Shown: piece after piece, positions 13,940 to 26,929 of the stretch
Layout of the letters: every line of letters starts with the position of its first letter
Numbering within the stretch: position 1 is the stretch's first letter
Source of the DNA: Rhina ancylostomus
Lineage: Eukaryota
Assembly (NCBI GenBank): GCA_030265395.1
Contig: JARFYF010000012.1
Location: forward strand, 22,350,708 to 22,414,707
Length of the DNA: 64,000 nucleotides
Direction: 5' to 3'
Translations under genes and position numbers: made by a program
Notes under the pieces: generated by a model
Seen by the model: only the letters and a program-made list of their open reading frames with translations
Databases searched by the model: none
What the model was told of the DNA's origin: nothing

Positions 13940-14760
13940 GAAAATAGAGGTAATGAGGCATTAAGGGTAGCTTCAGTTTTAATGGTTTCCACCTTGGCAC
14001 TGGTCCCAGTCAGTCCAATAATGGATTGCAATCTTCCTTCAGAAGGTGAGAGAATACAGTTAAGCCAACACCACCTCTCAGTTAGTTGCTGCTGCAGGAG
14101 ATAATCTGCTCCCTTTTCCCTCAAGAGAGAGGAATGCACATTAGGGTCATGCTAATAGTTTGGGTGACGTGAGAGCCATGGTTGAATAACTGGAGTGCAC
14201 GCAAGCTGTCAGATATGAGTGGGAGATATGCAAAGGTACTTAGTGCATGAGGCTGAAGTGCATGATACGCATATTAGGTAAGAATCTTGTTTGATGTACA
14301 GGTGATTTATGCAGTAGTGATGAACTGAGCTGTTTGTGAGGCTACTGGTGCAGTTGATGGAGTATGACATTTGTATATGCATTCACTAAACTTGACCAAG
14401 CGTGTGAGGTCACGTGAATCCAGGACTGCATTTGTATACTCAGGGCTTGCTTCTCGGCATTCTCCTCTTTATCTCCCTCTCTTGCCCTCACAATGTCTAC
14501 AGGGCTACCTGGTTCCTCACCTCTTCCACATCACACCTCCCCTCTAAGATTTAGATTGCAACAGCTGACAAGTGGGGTGTGTACTCTCTCCTGTGTCATT
14601 CCAATCCTTTGTCATCAAGTTGAAAGTTGAATTTGCTACCATTTGCAGTTCCACCAGTTCAGAGTAAGAGCTGCAGGCAGGCTTAAGTTGAGCGGGCAAC
14701 TTTGACTAATCACTTATTAAAATGGAAATCTGTGCTGAGGAGTTCATCAACTTAACAGTT
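13940..14760 (-). mobile_element. Decayed PIF/Harbinger Myb/SANT gene remnant
   Basis: Minus strand GACCTCACACGCTTGGTCAAG (DLTRLVK, end of Myb/SANT helix) followed by intron-like sequence visibly homologous to 35050-35500 (CCAGTTATTCAACCATGGCTCTCACGTCACCCA vs CCAGCTATTCAAACATTATGGCCACATCACCCA). Confidence 0.6.
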
Positions 14761-15439
14761 AGTTATGCTGGCTAAGTGCTGCAATCAGGTTAATTGCACA
14801 TTGTATTGTGAATCCACACAAATACTGTCTAACCTATTCCATATGATATCTAAAAATGCACAATATTTAAAACCTGGCAATAAAATTTAAACGACAGGAT
14901 GTTTGAAATCCATTGTAGGTCAGTGTGCATCTGTAGTTATAAAAAACTAGTAAAGATATTTGAAAAATGTATCCTTTGTACATCTCAGTTATAACTTTGC
15001 AGTATTTGTAATCTTTCCTTTGCCTTTTGATATTCAAAAACATTTAGCTTGAAACTACAATTACAAATATTGTTAAAGATTTGTTTTAAAAGTCACCAAT
15101 GTTTATAATGAAACCTGTAGTAATAAACTAAGATTATTATGGAGTCTCAGCTGTGCTTAGTTTTGTTAATCTTCATGAATCTCCATGCCGACAATGAAAA
15201 TTTACCTTTAATTGTTTCCAGCTTTCTCAGCTGCTTACAAGACCTTTAAAGAGTGTGGAGTGTGTAACTTCAACAGCTAGGAATGGTAGAGGCAGCAGCA
15301 AAGGACAAAGCTCACAGATGTACAACATCCTACTATGTTTATAATACAAAGGAAATGTCATGGGGGCCTCCAGCTTACCTCAGCAGGATCTAACTTCTCA
15401 ATGAAAAGACTGCCAGTCAAACTTTCAACAAGAACTTAT

Positions 15440-15565
15440 AATAGTGGTAACATTGAACCAACCAGATTGCTTGCATGGATACATAATTGGCTAAGGAACA
15501 AAAATCAGAGAGGAAGATGATTAGTTGATTTTCAGACTGGAGGGAGATGTACATTCCTGGAAGTT
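15440..15565 (+). mobile_element. CR1 RT fragment
   Basis: LLAWIHNWLRNKNQR followed by FSDWR, matching the CR1 WIxNWLxxRxQR...FSDW motif. Confidence 0.7.
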
Positions 15566-15844
15566 GGATGTCATTCATTTCTGTTTACTAAACATGTGCT
15601 GTATAGAGTGCTAATGCCTAATCTGATCTCCCACAATCATGAAATAGTGATCTGCACTCAGAAGCATGCGCTAAAACCAGCCAAAGCGTCCAAGATGGAG
15701 CATCGCCTAATTTAGTGAAGGTGGAAGCACTTCCAGACACAGCTATCAGAGGGAGATGCCAGTCTTTAAAAATACACTGCAGTCCCACCTCCAGCTGGCT
15801 GACACAGTGATGGCAATAGACACACTGGACTTGGGTAGTCAATA

Positions 15845-16200
15845 AACCATAGAAACCATAGAACAATAAGCACAATACAGGCCCTTCGGCCCACCGTGTT
15901 GTGCCGCTCATTAAACCACACCTCACACCATCTAACCCTTTCCTCCCGCATATCCCTCTATCCCACACTCCTCCCTATNNNNNNNNNNNNNNNNNNNNNN
16001 NNNNNNNNNNNNNNNNNNNNNNNNNNNNNNNNNNNNNNNNNNNNNNNNNNNNNNNNNNNNNNNNNNNNNNNNNNNNNNATGACTCTCTAGGTGTTCATAT
16101 ATCTTATCCCTTAGAATCCTCTCTAACAGCTTACCCACCACAGACGTGAGACTCATCGGTCTGTAATTCCCCAGGCTATCCCTACTGCCTTTTTTGAATA
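15845..16200 (-). mobile_element. Young CR1 LINE spanning an assembly gap
   Basis: Minus-strand LFKKGSRDSLGNYRPMSLTSVVGKLLERILRDKIYEHLE right of the gap; well-preserved CR1 tail (ACAGGCCCTTCGGCCCACC, (CCATAGAA)2) left of the gap. Confidence 0.92.
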
Positions 16201-16209
16201 AACACAGAC

Positions 16210-16770
16210 AAAATGAAGTGAAGACCATCACTGGCAAAATTTAATGCAAGTAGGCAACAAGATAACTAAAGGAGGTAATATATTCAATCCCAAAATGTTA
16301 AAGACCATTGAGGAACAAAGAGAAGGTGACAACAGAAGTTGATATAACTATTGAAAAGGTAGACCGGATCTCTGGTTTTAGACATAAAAATGAACGTAAA
16401 CTTTATGCATAAATTTTATAAAAAACTATTTAGGCACCAGCTGGAATATGTGGCCATTTCTGGGCACCATACTTCAGGAATGATGTCAAGACACTGCACA
16501 GATAAAAGTTAGGAGAAGAGCATCAAGAATGAAAGACAATGGTTCGTGGATAGACGAGGAAAACTGTGATTGCTTCTCGTAGACAGAATACGTTAGGGGG
16601 AGATTTTAAGGCTAAAAGGCTTCACATGAATGGCTGAATGGTTAAATATTTGAAAGGGAAAAGACTTGCAGAGCCCTGGGGAAAGAGCAGAGAGTGGTTC
16701 TAATTGGATAAACTTCCAAAAATATGGACTGAATGCTTCCTTTCTGTGCTGCATCATTCTCTAATTCTGT
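16210..16770 (+). mobile_element. Old CR1 LINE 3' fragment
   Basis: CAGCTGGAATATGTGGCCATTTCTGGGCACCATACTTCAGGAATGATGTC (LEY...FWAPYFR.DV) and tail ATGGACTGAATGCTTCCTTTCTGTGCTG. Confidence 0.75.
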
Positions 16771-17779
16771 AAGTCTTTTAAAATAAAGAAATACGTTTTA
16801 GAAAAAACCTCCAAAACTGATTAAAATTCACTTTTCTCTAAATGCAGAAAACTTGCACAGCTGCCTCTTCTTTTGGCGACCTGCAACTGACTGGCCTTTA
16901 CTTGGCATCCAGCTTGACAGAAATTTCAAACTGCAAGAGCTTTTAATTGTACCTAATGTGTATAGTTGTTTTTTTTTGCTTAATATACAGAGCTTTACCT
17001 GATCTGCACAGCAAGGCGTAAAGATTAACAACAACCAGAAATGTATATATTTTATAGTTTCCTTTTCCAAATGAAGTGAAATGGGATCCAAGAACTATTA
17101 GGATCTCAGCACTGATAATGTGAGGCAAAAGTTTCCAGACAGCTCAGCAACCAAGCCCCGCTCCTTTTGGCTATTTTCACTTAGTTTCTGATGCTCTGCA
17201 GGNNNNNNNNNNNNNNNNNNNNNNNNNNNNNNNNNNNNNNNNNNNNNNAACGATTTTACTTTATTGGTTATAAATCAGTGGAATGAAAACCAGCCAGCTT
17301 CTCTAATGGACATCTGATCTGTTCTGTCAATGTATCAGCCAGTTAGAGAAGCTGAAAATAGACCTCTTCTTGTTTTGTTACCATCCTGAGGAAGATGACA
17401 GCAAATAAACTAAAGAGAAAAAAATGCAGGCTCAAGGGACTCCATTCAATAGCCATCCTCACACTTCCAATGAAGAGACTTCTGATACTGGAGTCCCCAG
17501 AGAGTACGGAGCTCTGGACCAACACCATCTTCTCATTTTTTTTTCTTCCCTTACTAACTCACTCGATCACTCACTCATTTTCTGATGCATTGAATTTAAC
17601 TATTTTGATGAGGTTGCTTGCCTCAGATTTTAGCTATGCATTAAATTTAACATCTTCATTAGGGTTTCCCAGGCTGAGGAAACAAGCAGTTGAAAGTAGG
17701 CCAGAACATTACCTGTACACCAGTGAAGAGCAGCAGTGCCTCCGTCGGAGTTGTAGCCCTTCAAACTAACTAACATTCC

Positions 17780-18200
17780 ACTTTTATGATATTCTCCTGC
17801 AATTATTCCCTGTCCCGCCAGCAATACATCCACAACACCTCATTTCAGTGCAAATGCCGTTCCTAACTCTCTTCCAGCTTCTTCGAACAGGATAATCACC
17901 CCCTTCTCCTCCCAAAGCATTTTGGTGTCTACCCCACCCCCTTCCCCATGCTGATCATCTCTTCTTCCCTCCTCTACATTCCAAACTATGATCTGATCCA
18001 GCAGGCTTCTGCCCACAGCTAACCAGCCTCTCAATCTACTTAAGAAATGGAGTCAGAAAGTTTAAATTCAGCAGCAGCTACAGAAAGTCTACATTGATAG
18101 GTTTACTGAACTCAACACTTCGTATACCCTCAATCTCTTCCTCCCATCTCAACATATTCTCCTCATATTTCTGGGCCACTGACATTAATAAACCACAGCC
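17780..18200 (+). mobile_element. L2 LINE RT fragment, decayed
   Basis: C/T-rich strand with traces of the L2 QSGFR..HSTE and LLDLSAAFD region. Confidence 0.5.
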
Positions 18201-19939
18201 TTTCTTGGCTGGAGGATAAGATTAAGAAAATTGAAAGACTAGAGTTTAACAAATTTAACAAATTGTTGCATAGTGATCTGGCCCCGTAAAGATGTCAGAA
18301 CATACTGAGGGAGTTCCTAGAAGAGGGGTAATTGCTAGGATTTGGCATGGGTGATCTAGTTCTCAAAATAATGTCTGAAATGGAATGAATACCCTGCCTG
18401 TTTATCTGGTGATTTACGTAGGTTTAGTATGTACTCTGTGCTTTTATGTTGCATATATCTGAGAGAAAATTCTTCGAATAATATTAAAGATGGGGGTCAG
18501 TTAACCATGATTTTGCAACACCTTAGGAAACATAATCTTATACTAAGATAGTTCAATTTCTGAGACTAGGACATGAGTGGCTGCAAAAATCAATTGGATT
18601 CATCTGTCTGCAACTGTTGGAACAATTCACATTAGCCTGTGAATTGTCCCAAATGTAACATTTATTTTGACTCATTGAAAGTTTCAACTAAAGATTTTTC
18701 TGCCTCATTAGGTCCTGAATTCACGTTTTCTGCAGGACTATGGAAATTTTTATGTTCTGTGAGCCTGTGTAGGAAATTGAATGTGGCATGAGCAACAGGA
18801 AGTAGCACGTGTAGGTTTCTTTGCCAAACCTGCTGTTCAGTGACATCACATGTCCATGTGGTAATAAATACAATGCAAAAGTTACATCTTGTGCTTTACC
18901 AACAACAGCATCAGCACAGAAAATTCTGACGACTATCATTGAGAGCTTACTGAATATTGAAGATTACTTTAATATACAAATTTTTGAACATGTAGAAATA
19001 TCACAGAAACAGCAAGCCTATGTTAGCAATAACTTTTTTCTAGTACTGCTTGGCAAGTCTGAACTTTAAACTCTAGAAATGGATTGCACCTGTTTTTGAT
19101 GCATTAAACCATGGTCCCTCCACAAAAAAAAATCAAGAAATTGACCATAAAGAAGTTTGCAGCAGCATTAGGGTATTTTTTTTACTCAGGAATTCAAAAA
19201 CAACATGTATAATTCCTGATGAAAACCACTTTCATTCTGGTGAGGCTGTTGAAGCTTTGCTGCAAAGCTCCTAAAGGCACATTCCCCAATGCAGGCAGAC
19301 CACAGCAACACACACTATGGAGGAGAGGGAGACTGCAGGAGAGAGGCTGGAGGAGAAAGGAAACGAGCTCCCAGATTTATACAATCAGACAAACAAGTGA
19401 GAGATAAATGCTAAGAGGAAGGTCCTATGTGCCAGGGAACTAGAAGAACCTCCAGGAAAAACAGGAATAGCCTGGCAAGGGATCACTTAAATAGTTTCCT
19501 CTAGGGAGAATAATTGAAAATGAAGAATGCCAAAAAAAATTGCATGAGCTCAGAATATAAGACAAGGTGAGCTACATACCACTAAAAAGTTTCTCTCCTA
19601 TGCACACGCACATAAACTTCACATACCTTCAACCCCTTCCTCTCACCTCAACCCATTCTCCATATACACATTCAAACCAATGAACACACACACACTCTCC
19701 AGTGAACACACATACATGTACAAACATGATAATCACAAAAATTATCACTCCATTGACACACTTATCTCACCATCAGCATTCTAGAGGGCAGTCAGAACCT
19801 ATGCTCTGTTTTGAAAGCCGGTGAGGTCCCACTTCCCAATACCAACCACCTAAAAGGTCTCTGAGCCAAGGCTGTATAACATCATTCTACTGACTGGCAG
19901 TGTGTATCTTCATTATCACCAGCGGCGCTATCATGAAAT

Positions 19940-20033
19940 AAAAACAGGAAATGCTGGAAAAACTCAGCAGGTCAGGCAACTCTAATATTCTGATGAAGGG
20001 ATTTCGACTTGAAACTTTAACTATTCTTTTGCC
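19940..20033. mobile_element. Penelope-like terminal (pseudo-LTR) repeat with minimal hammerhead motif
   Basis: AAATGCTGGAAAAACTCAGCAGGTCAGGCA then CTGATGAAGGGATTTCGACTTGAAACTTTAAC; truncated by a gap. Confidence 0.75.
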
Positions 20034-20449
20034 NNNNNNNNNNNNNNNNNNNNNNNNNNNNNNNNNNNNNNNNNNNNNNNNNNNNNNNNNNNNNNNNNNN
20101 NNNNNNNNNNNNNNNNNNNNNNNNNNNNNNNNNNNNNNNNNNNNNNNNNNNNNNNNNNNNNNNNNNNNNNNNNNNNNNNNNNNNNNNNNNNNNNNNNNNN
20201 NNNNNNNNNNNNNNNNNNNNNNNNNNNNNNNNNNNNNNNNNNNNNNNNNNNNNNNNNNNNNNNNNNNNNNNNNNNNNNNNNNNNNNNNNNNNNNNNNNNN
20301 NNNNNNNNNNNNNNNNNNNNNNNNNNNNNNNNNNNNNNNNNNNNNNNNNNNNNNNNNNNNNNNNNNNNNNNNNNNNNNNNNNNNNNNNNNNNNNNNNNNN
20401 NNNNNNNNNNNNNNNNNNNNNNNNNNNNNNNNNNNNNNNNNNNNNNCAC

Positions 20450-21900
20450 TTAGAAAAGCTGCTAATGTTATATGAATGCACTTGAGAAAATTCTTTGTTT
20501 ACTATTTTGCATGATGCCTTTTCATCAAAAGTGATGGTGTCACCGCAGTACAGCACATGACTGTAAAAAAGTTTGATTGGTGCTACAACTGCCATGTGAG
20601 GATTTAAAAATGCCTTACTCAAAAGTGATTGCTTGTGAAACTACATTGATGACTTCCAAATGTGAACTGAGTAGAACTTTCAGCTTCTGCCACTGATTAT
20701 TAAGTTCTTCCCCATTGTGTAATCTGAAACTGTCAGTTGATACAAAGAATTTCTTATTGCAGATTAACTCTAGGCTCTCCTGCCATGAAATGTTAGCAAT
20801 TCCCTCTGCCGAATGCATGTCAAATCGATCAATATATTGTGATGTGCATTATTCTCAACTGCATTGCATATAATGGGGAAGAACAATGGACCAACACATT
20901 CAAGCTTTTGACCACTGTTTAAGCCTTCAGAATGGAGATCCTCTGTGCAGAGGCCAGAGTTCTTTAAGTGAGGCTCCACTTATTGGGAACTAGAGACATT
21001 GTGGCAGACCACTTAAGTACCTGGATCAGGGACCAACACACACAGAAGGGTATGAAGGAATAATATGCAGCATGTCATATCTTCCACCAGATTGTTGGTG
21101 TGTGGTGATGGTTTGCTCATGGAGAAGATCACTTGGCATGCATTGCAGACTATTATTTTGCAGGCTCCTTATGAAGAATGTCTCTTCCATCGATGAACAG
21201 GCCTGCATTATTAATCATCGTCCTTTTTGGCAGATGAGTACATCAATGTCTGTTTGAATTCATGGGAAGTTAGCACTGGTGACAAATCCCAGTGGCACTC
21301 TCCCCTCAATGAAATTAAAAAAAGGTGAATTTTCTTCATGGGTGGAGAGACTTGGTGACCTCTTTGCTACTCTGGCGAGCAGCAAATTTGGAAATATAGC
21401 CCAAATCCACTACTGGAGTTGAAAGTGATACAGTAATAAGGGAATTAACCATCATTGTCAACACATGACCTCCAAAGAGAGATCAGACCAAGCATGAAAG
21501 TCTCACAGGATTTCACATTTTCCATTTGAAAGACTTTGAAATCCTGAGTCTCATATTCTTCACACAGTTACAATGTCTGGCCTCTCTGGGAATCATTACT
21601 TTGCAGATGGGCATTTATTTACCTCTTGCCCTGATGTCCCAAACATCTGAGTGGTCTGCCACAGGTAGGGCAATGGTTCCTGCAGTAGATGCCCGCCAGT
21701 CAGCAAAGACAGTACTGAACCACCCATTGATACAGTAATCCAGCAGCTGAATGCTGGAAAAAATGTTCCTTGGTAGTTGTAGCATACTCTGTGAATTTTG
21801 GAAGGTGTTGCAGCAGACTGCAGACAGTTCCCAGACAACCCATTCAATCCTCTTGATGTTCGAAGAGTGTTCCTTCAGTGGAGAGAAAAAGCAAGAACAC
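20450..21900 (+). mobile_element. Very decayed L1/Tx1-like LINE ORF2 remnant
   Basis: Weak, frameshifted traces in the expected order (EKAFD-like ~20607, LKYLG-like ~21011, QWFL at ~21671, CCRL-like ~21806). Confidence 0.4.
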
Positions 21901-23529
21901 AGTGTGGTCCTATGTAATTGATTCTGTTCCATGACATTTATTGTGTGAAGCTCTGTCCAGTTTATTTTGGTATGGGCAGAAACATGTGTTGCATGACCAG
22001 TGATGTCATTAGGTGGCTGCCTTACAGCCCATAGGGGTTGGCAAACTAATGTGTATGCAAATGGAACTAACATGATTTCACTCCAAAATGATTATTAGCT
22101 CAATCTAATTTGGATGAAAATCAATATTGCATTGTGCAGTGCTTAAAAAAATGCAATGCAANNNNNNNNNNNNNNNNNNNNNNNNNNNNNNNNNNNNNNN
22201 NNNNNNNNNNNNNNNNNNNNNNNNNNNNNNNNNNNNNNNNNNNNNNNNNNNNNNNNNNNNNAAAATGCAATGCAATCTAATTTCTGGGTTTAAGTGCTGC
22301 ACTCCCAGACATATGTTGACAATTTATTTTCATGTGACCCAGGTACTGGCACTTCAAGGTTTTAATGGAAGAGCTAATTATAATTAGCGTCAATCAAACT
22401 TTAGAGTGTATCTACAATTTAAGCATGTATAATGTAGATCTATTAACTTACTTCACTCATACATAATTACGTAACATAACCTGTTCTAACCTTATACTGT
22501 TTGCTAATGGAAAATAAATTTGGTGTCAAACTTGAGAAATAAAAATCCTTAAAATATGTGTGGCCCCTAAGAGTAGTTTACCATTTGGAATTTTTAGGCT
22601 TCAAGTTCAACAAACAATCATTACACAAAGAGGAGGATGTTCAACTGTGCTGTGGCATTATCTTTTTGATAGTCTTACAATACTAATTGGCAAGTTTTCC
22701 AAATTAGCAGACCATAGTTTAACAAAGGATTACCACACTGCCTTCTAACATGGTCTTCTTAGGTGCACTTTCACTGATTAACATAGTGGCTTGATTCAGA
22801 TTACTGTTTAATTTTTTTAATCAAAGTAAAATAAATTAGAATTATATATCTTGCTTGTTCAAAATATTGCATTATTTATGGAAATGGAAAACAACTCACT
22901 GTTAATTTCCTACAACTATTCATTAATCACATACAAAATTGTGGTCTATGTATTTCTACACAGCAAGTTATCCTCCTGGGGAAAAAATCTTTTGAACAGC
23001 TAGTTAGACTGATCATTGTGCAAAAGCAAAACCATATATAGAATTTGTGGCTTTACATGAAGACAAATATGAATGTATGATGTTAATAACTGAATATACA
23101 CCCACAGTGGGTTTCTAACAGGGTCTGTGACTGAAAACTTGCCCAAATTGTCAATATGCTTTTCATTAGTTTTTAAATGGGGCAGATCTTCTGTTCATGA
23201 GATTGTCATCCACATGTCCTTGAACCATTATGTTTTTCCATCACACTCCTGGACACAGCCTTCCACTGGGAAGCTGGGACTTAGATCATGGGCAGGGCCG
23301 AGCACAGTGTAAGATCTCCCCAGGCAGATGTGGCAATCTACACTGGAAGAGTGGCTTTGACAGCTGGTGAGGTCCATTTCCCACCCAACCCCCCCCCCTC
23401 ACTTACTTTCCACTTGAGCTCACCAGCTGCCTTTGACATTCATGAGCATTCAAAAACATCCAGGATGTATACAAAAATCACTACATTAAAATGCCAAAAA
23501 CAATTAAATACATTTAAAATAACTGAAAG

Positions 23530-23891
23530 TGTCACAATGTTGAGCAAAGAGCATGCTCGCAGAGAACCCAAATGCAGCACACTGGTACAAGACTGGAGTC
23601 AGGATACTTCCTCAGGACAAACACAGGCAGCNNNNNNNNNNNNNNNNNNNNNNNNNNNNNNNNNNNNNNNNNNNNNNNNNNNNNNNNNNNNNNNNNNNNN
23701 NNNNNNNNNNNNNNNNNNNNNNNNNNNNNNNGACCAATACTCTGGCAACTAGTGCTAGAGAAACCCAGGTACATATGCTAGGCCCCTGATGGGGCTCAGG
23801 TGTGTGTCATTATGCAAATAGTCCAGCATGGAATCCATGTGCTGTACAACAAGGCATTAAAGGAGCCATATTGAGGGCCAGAACCATGACA
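23530..23891 (-). mobile_element. Solo LTR or gap-collapsed LTR element (Gypsy-like)
   Basis: Termini TGTCA...TGACA; flanks GAAAG/CAAAG (5-bp TSD, one mismatch); CTGCATTTGGGTTC near the minus-strand 3' end; second copy at 44321. Confidence 0.75.
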
Positions 23892-23899
23892 CAAAGAAA

Positions 23900-24900
23900 T
23901 AAACCAAACGGTCTACTTACCATTTTCCCAGCAGTGATACCATTGGGACAATGGGGCCATTGTGCATGTTGAGCCTAGCTCAGATTGAATGAGAGCTGGG
24001 AAGTTTGAGGAAGTTCAAGCTGCCCAGTTGGATTCCATTGGTGCAGCACACATGCAATTGGTAGTATATTAAATAAAGCAGAAAATGGAGTGACAGCACT
24101 GAACTTAGAACTTTTGAAATGATGTGCATAGCTGCACATCACATTGCGGCAGAAGCACTGGGACCCAGGTGAAGATGGCCTGAAACTATCTAAATTCTGG
24201 TCACTAGTAAAAGTGTGACATAGCAATAGCACAAAATAAATACCGGGCCAGATTCTGCTGGACCTGGCCTGTTGACTAGACTCATTTTTTATGGCGCCTG
24301 TCCCAATGGACTTAGTTTTTTTTGGGTGTAGAGGGCTGAACAAGTTGATCCTCCATAACCCTCAAGTACTTGGTGAGGTGGAACAGGCTGTCAAAGCCTT
24401 TTGAACAGTTTTTTAGTAACCTTGGTATTTGGGAACGTTTTAAAACTATTCCGATAGACTTAAATAATTACATAAAATAAAGGTACTTAAAAAATTAGGA
24501 AGCATAAATGTATTTAAAAGTACCTTGAACTACTAATAAAAAGAATAAAGTGAAATGAAGCAAGCACTTAGGTTCTTCCATGGAGTCGGCCACTCAATTA
24601 AATAGAGGTGTCCTTTTTATACCAGCTTTCCTTGACAGAAAGCAGAGCTGTTGGTTGTAAAATGCACCTGGCTTCTCTCCCTGGCACTTCTGTGTTCCAC
24701 TGGAGAAGATGGAGGTCAGATGCACTGGCATCCGATCTTCTCCTTGTCTCAGATTTCCATATTTCATTGCGAGCACATCAGAACCTGAGGTGCAAACAGC
24801 TGACCGGCAGTAGTTCAGTCAGGAACTATCGGATGGCAATCCCTTCACTATGGCCCCATTAGTGCGTCTCACCTCCCAAAATGTCTTGAGAATGTCCAGA
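23900..24900. repeat. Old interspersed repeat, probably a non-autonomous DNA transposon, same family as 48900-49600
   Basis: Shared blocks in the same order: TTAAATAATTA, AAAGTACCTTGAACTACTAA vs AAACACCTTAACATACTAA, AAGCACTTAGGTTCTTCCA vs AAGCACCTAATTTTTTTCCA. Confidence 0.5.
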
Positions 24901-26929
24901 GCCAGCTAGGTTTCCATTAATTTCAGTGAACAAAGCTCTATTTTTATGACTTGTGGCTTGAAATAATTGCCCTTGGTTTCATGTTGCAAAACAAAAGAAA
25001 AAAAACGGCAATTAGCCCTGTTGATATGCTTACTGTACTGGAATCCAATAAAACAACATAATTGAAAAAGATGGTTGTTCTGCTTTATTGTTCTCATGCA
25101 CAAACTCCCTGTAGAATATATATACATTGCAATAATTACAGCACATATTGACATACTGCTTTGACTTTATCATCAACACAGATACTTAACAGAAGCAAGG
25201 GGTGGGGGGTTGAATCACTCTGTACCCACACCCACATGCCTTCTAGTATTGCTACACAGCAGTATAGGCAGAAACACTGGCAGTAGCAGACTTGGTGTTT
25301 AGATAAGTAGGTTTGGTCTGTCATAATTCTTACTTGGCAATGTGATGATGTCTGGTTAACATAAGAATATTCTGATGAATAAACAGATCATGATTCCAAC
25401 GCCACGCAGCATGTGTTTAATTTAACGATTGTCAAAATCAGCAAAAGCCACTGGGCATTATTGCCAGAATCAGAAGAATGCTGGCAGGAATTGTCACTGC
25501 AATCTCCCTAGAGCAACATCCTGAATTGTCACTTCATGTTACAAATACCAGGCTTCATCATCCATAGAAATGAATGATAAAATCAAAAAGCTTCCAGCAG
25601 CAGTGAGAACACTCTCAGTGATACACTCTATGCCTGAACGTGAAGGAGACTTTATCAAGCAGCATGGCTCAAGATTAGGCTTACACATCTTATTCTCTTA
25701 AATGGCATAAGAGAAAACCCACTGTTTTTTACAGCTGAAAACTTGCTTGTTTTGAGGATATATCATTAGGTTAACCTGGGACACCAGCTGCTCCATTTAT
25801 CAGAAGCAATTTCCCTGGATTGCTTCTCAGTATCCTGAGACAAGAACACTTGTCTCTCGTCACCAAAACGGTCTGAAGTGGAGCTCAGGAGCATGGGCAG
25901 AACTCAAAATTTGCTGATTTTTGGAGTGACATGCATGATGCACACATGGACCAGAACCTATATCCTTCTAACTTGGAATGTTTGTTCTTTTTTTCGATGT
26001 GTGTTGACCTTTTACTGCCTGTCAATTGATTTTCCTTCTCTTGAGCATCAAGTCTTACAAATATCATCCATCAACTATTCATTCCATTTTTTTAACCAAA
26101 GAGTATTGCTTGGAAATTGTCATAAGTGATGTATTATTATTGGATGACTATTTAATATGTTAACTTCATATTCCCAGGGTAGTACTTCAGTAGAGGTGTA
26201 AAATGATTTAAAGGTCTGTGATAAAGTAGCAGAGGAACTGCAAAACAATGATTAAATCTTCAATTTCTAGTCTTACTTTTTTCCTAAAGGATATAGGGTC
26301 CAGATAATCTGAGTTGAGATCTGGGATGTTTCAACACATCACATTTCTCAAGCTGTTTCTTTCTTATGAAATAGTTTAAGCAGCTCTTAATTGTGATAAG
26401 CAAAATATTTGCACTTAGGAAATCAGGATCACCAGAACAAAAGTAGTAAAGAAAAGCACTTGATCTGGCATGAATATCACTAAATAATATGAGCTGCAAG
26501 GAACCTGTAGCCTTACTGGTGTACACTCATCACCATAAATACTTGCTCAGTGCTTTCTACTACAAGTTGCAGACTTGTTTTCAGCATCACTACTGGAGGT
26601 TCAACCAACCCCTTCAAGGAAGACAATAAGTGAAAGTATTAGAACTGTACGTGATAATTTGCTGTATATATAACTTGAAATATCCCAGTGTAGATGATCT
26701 ATGATATTATAAGCTTCAGTTTCATTAGTATATTAATCTTGCTTAGAAATATGAAATAATTCACTGAAATGTATCATATATTATCTGCTCATTCTGTTCA
26801 TTACAGTGCAACAATTTTAACTTTTAATTTTAATGTCTACTGCCAGGGAAAAAATGGCAATAGCAAATTAGACCTTTATTTTGCATTCCATCAGATTTTC
26901 TTTGCCTTTGAAAATGTCATTCTCTCACA

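Noticed and set aside
25341-25400. GTGATGA...CTGA, C/D-box snoRNA-like
   Set aside because: No terminal D box at a suitable distance and no terminal stem
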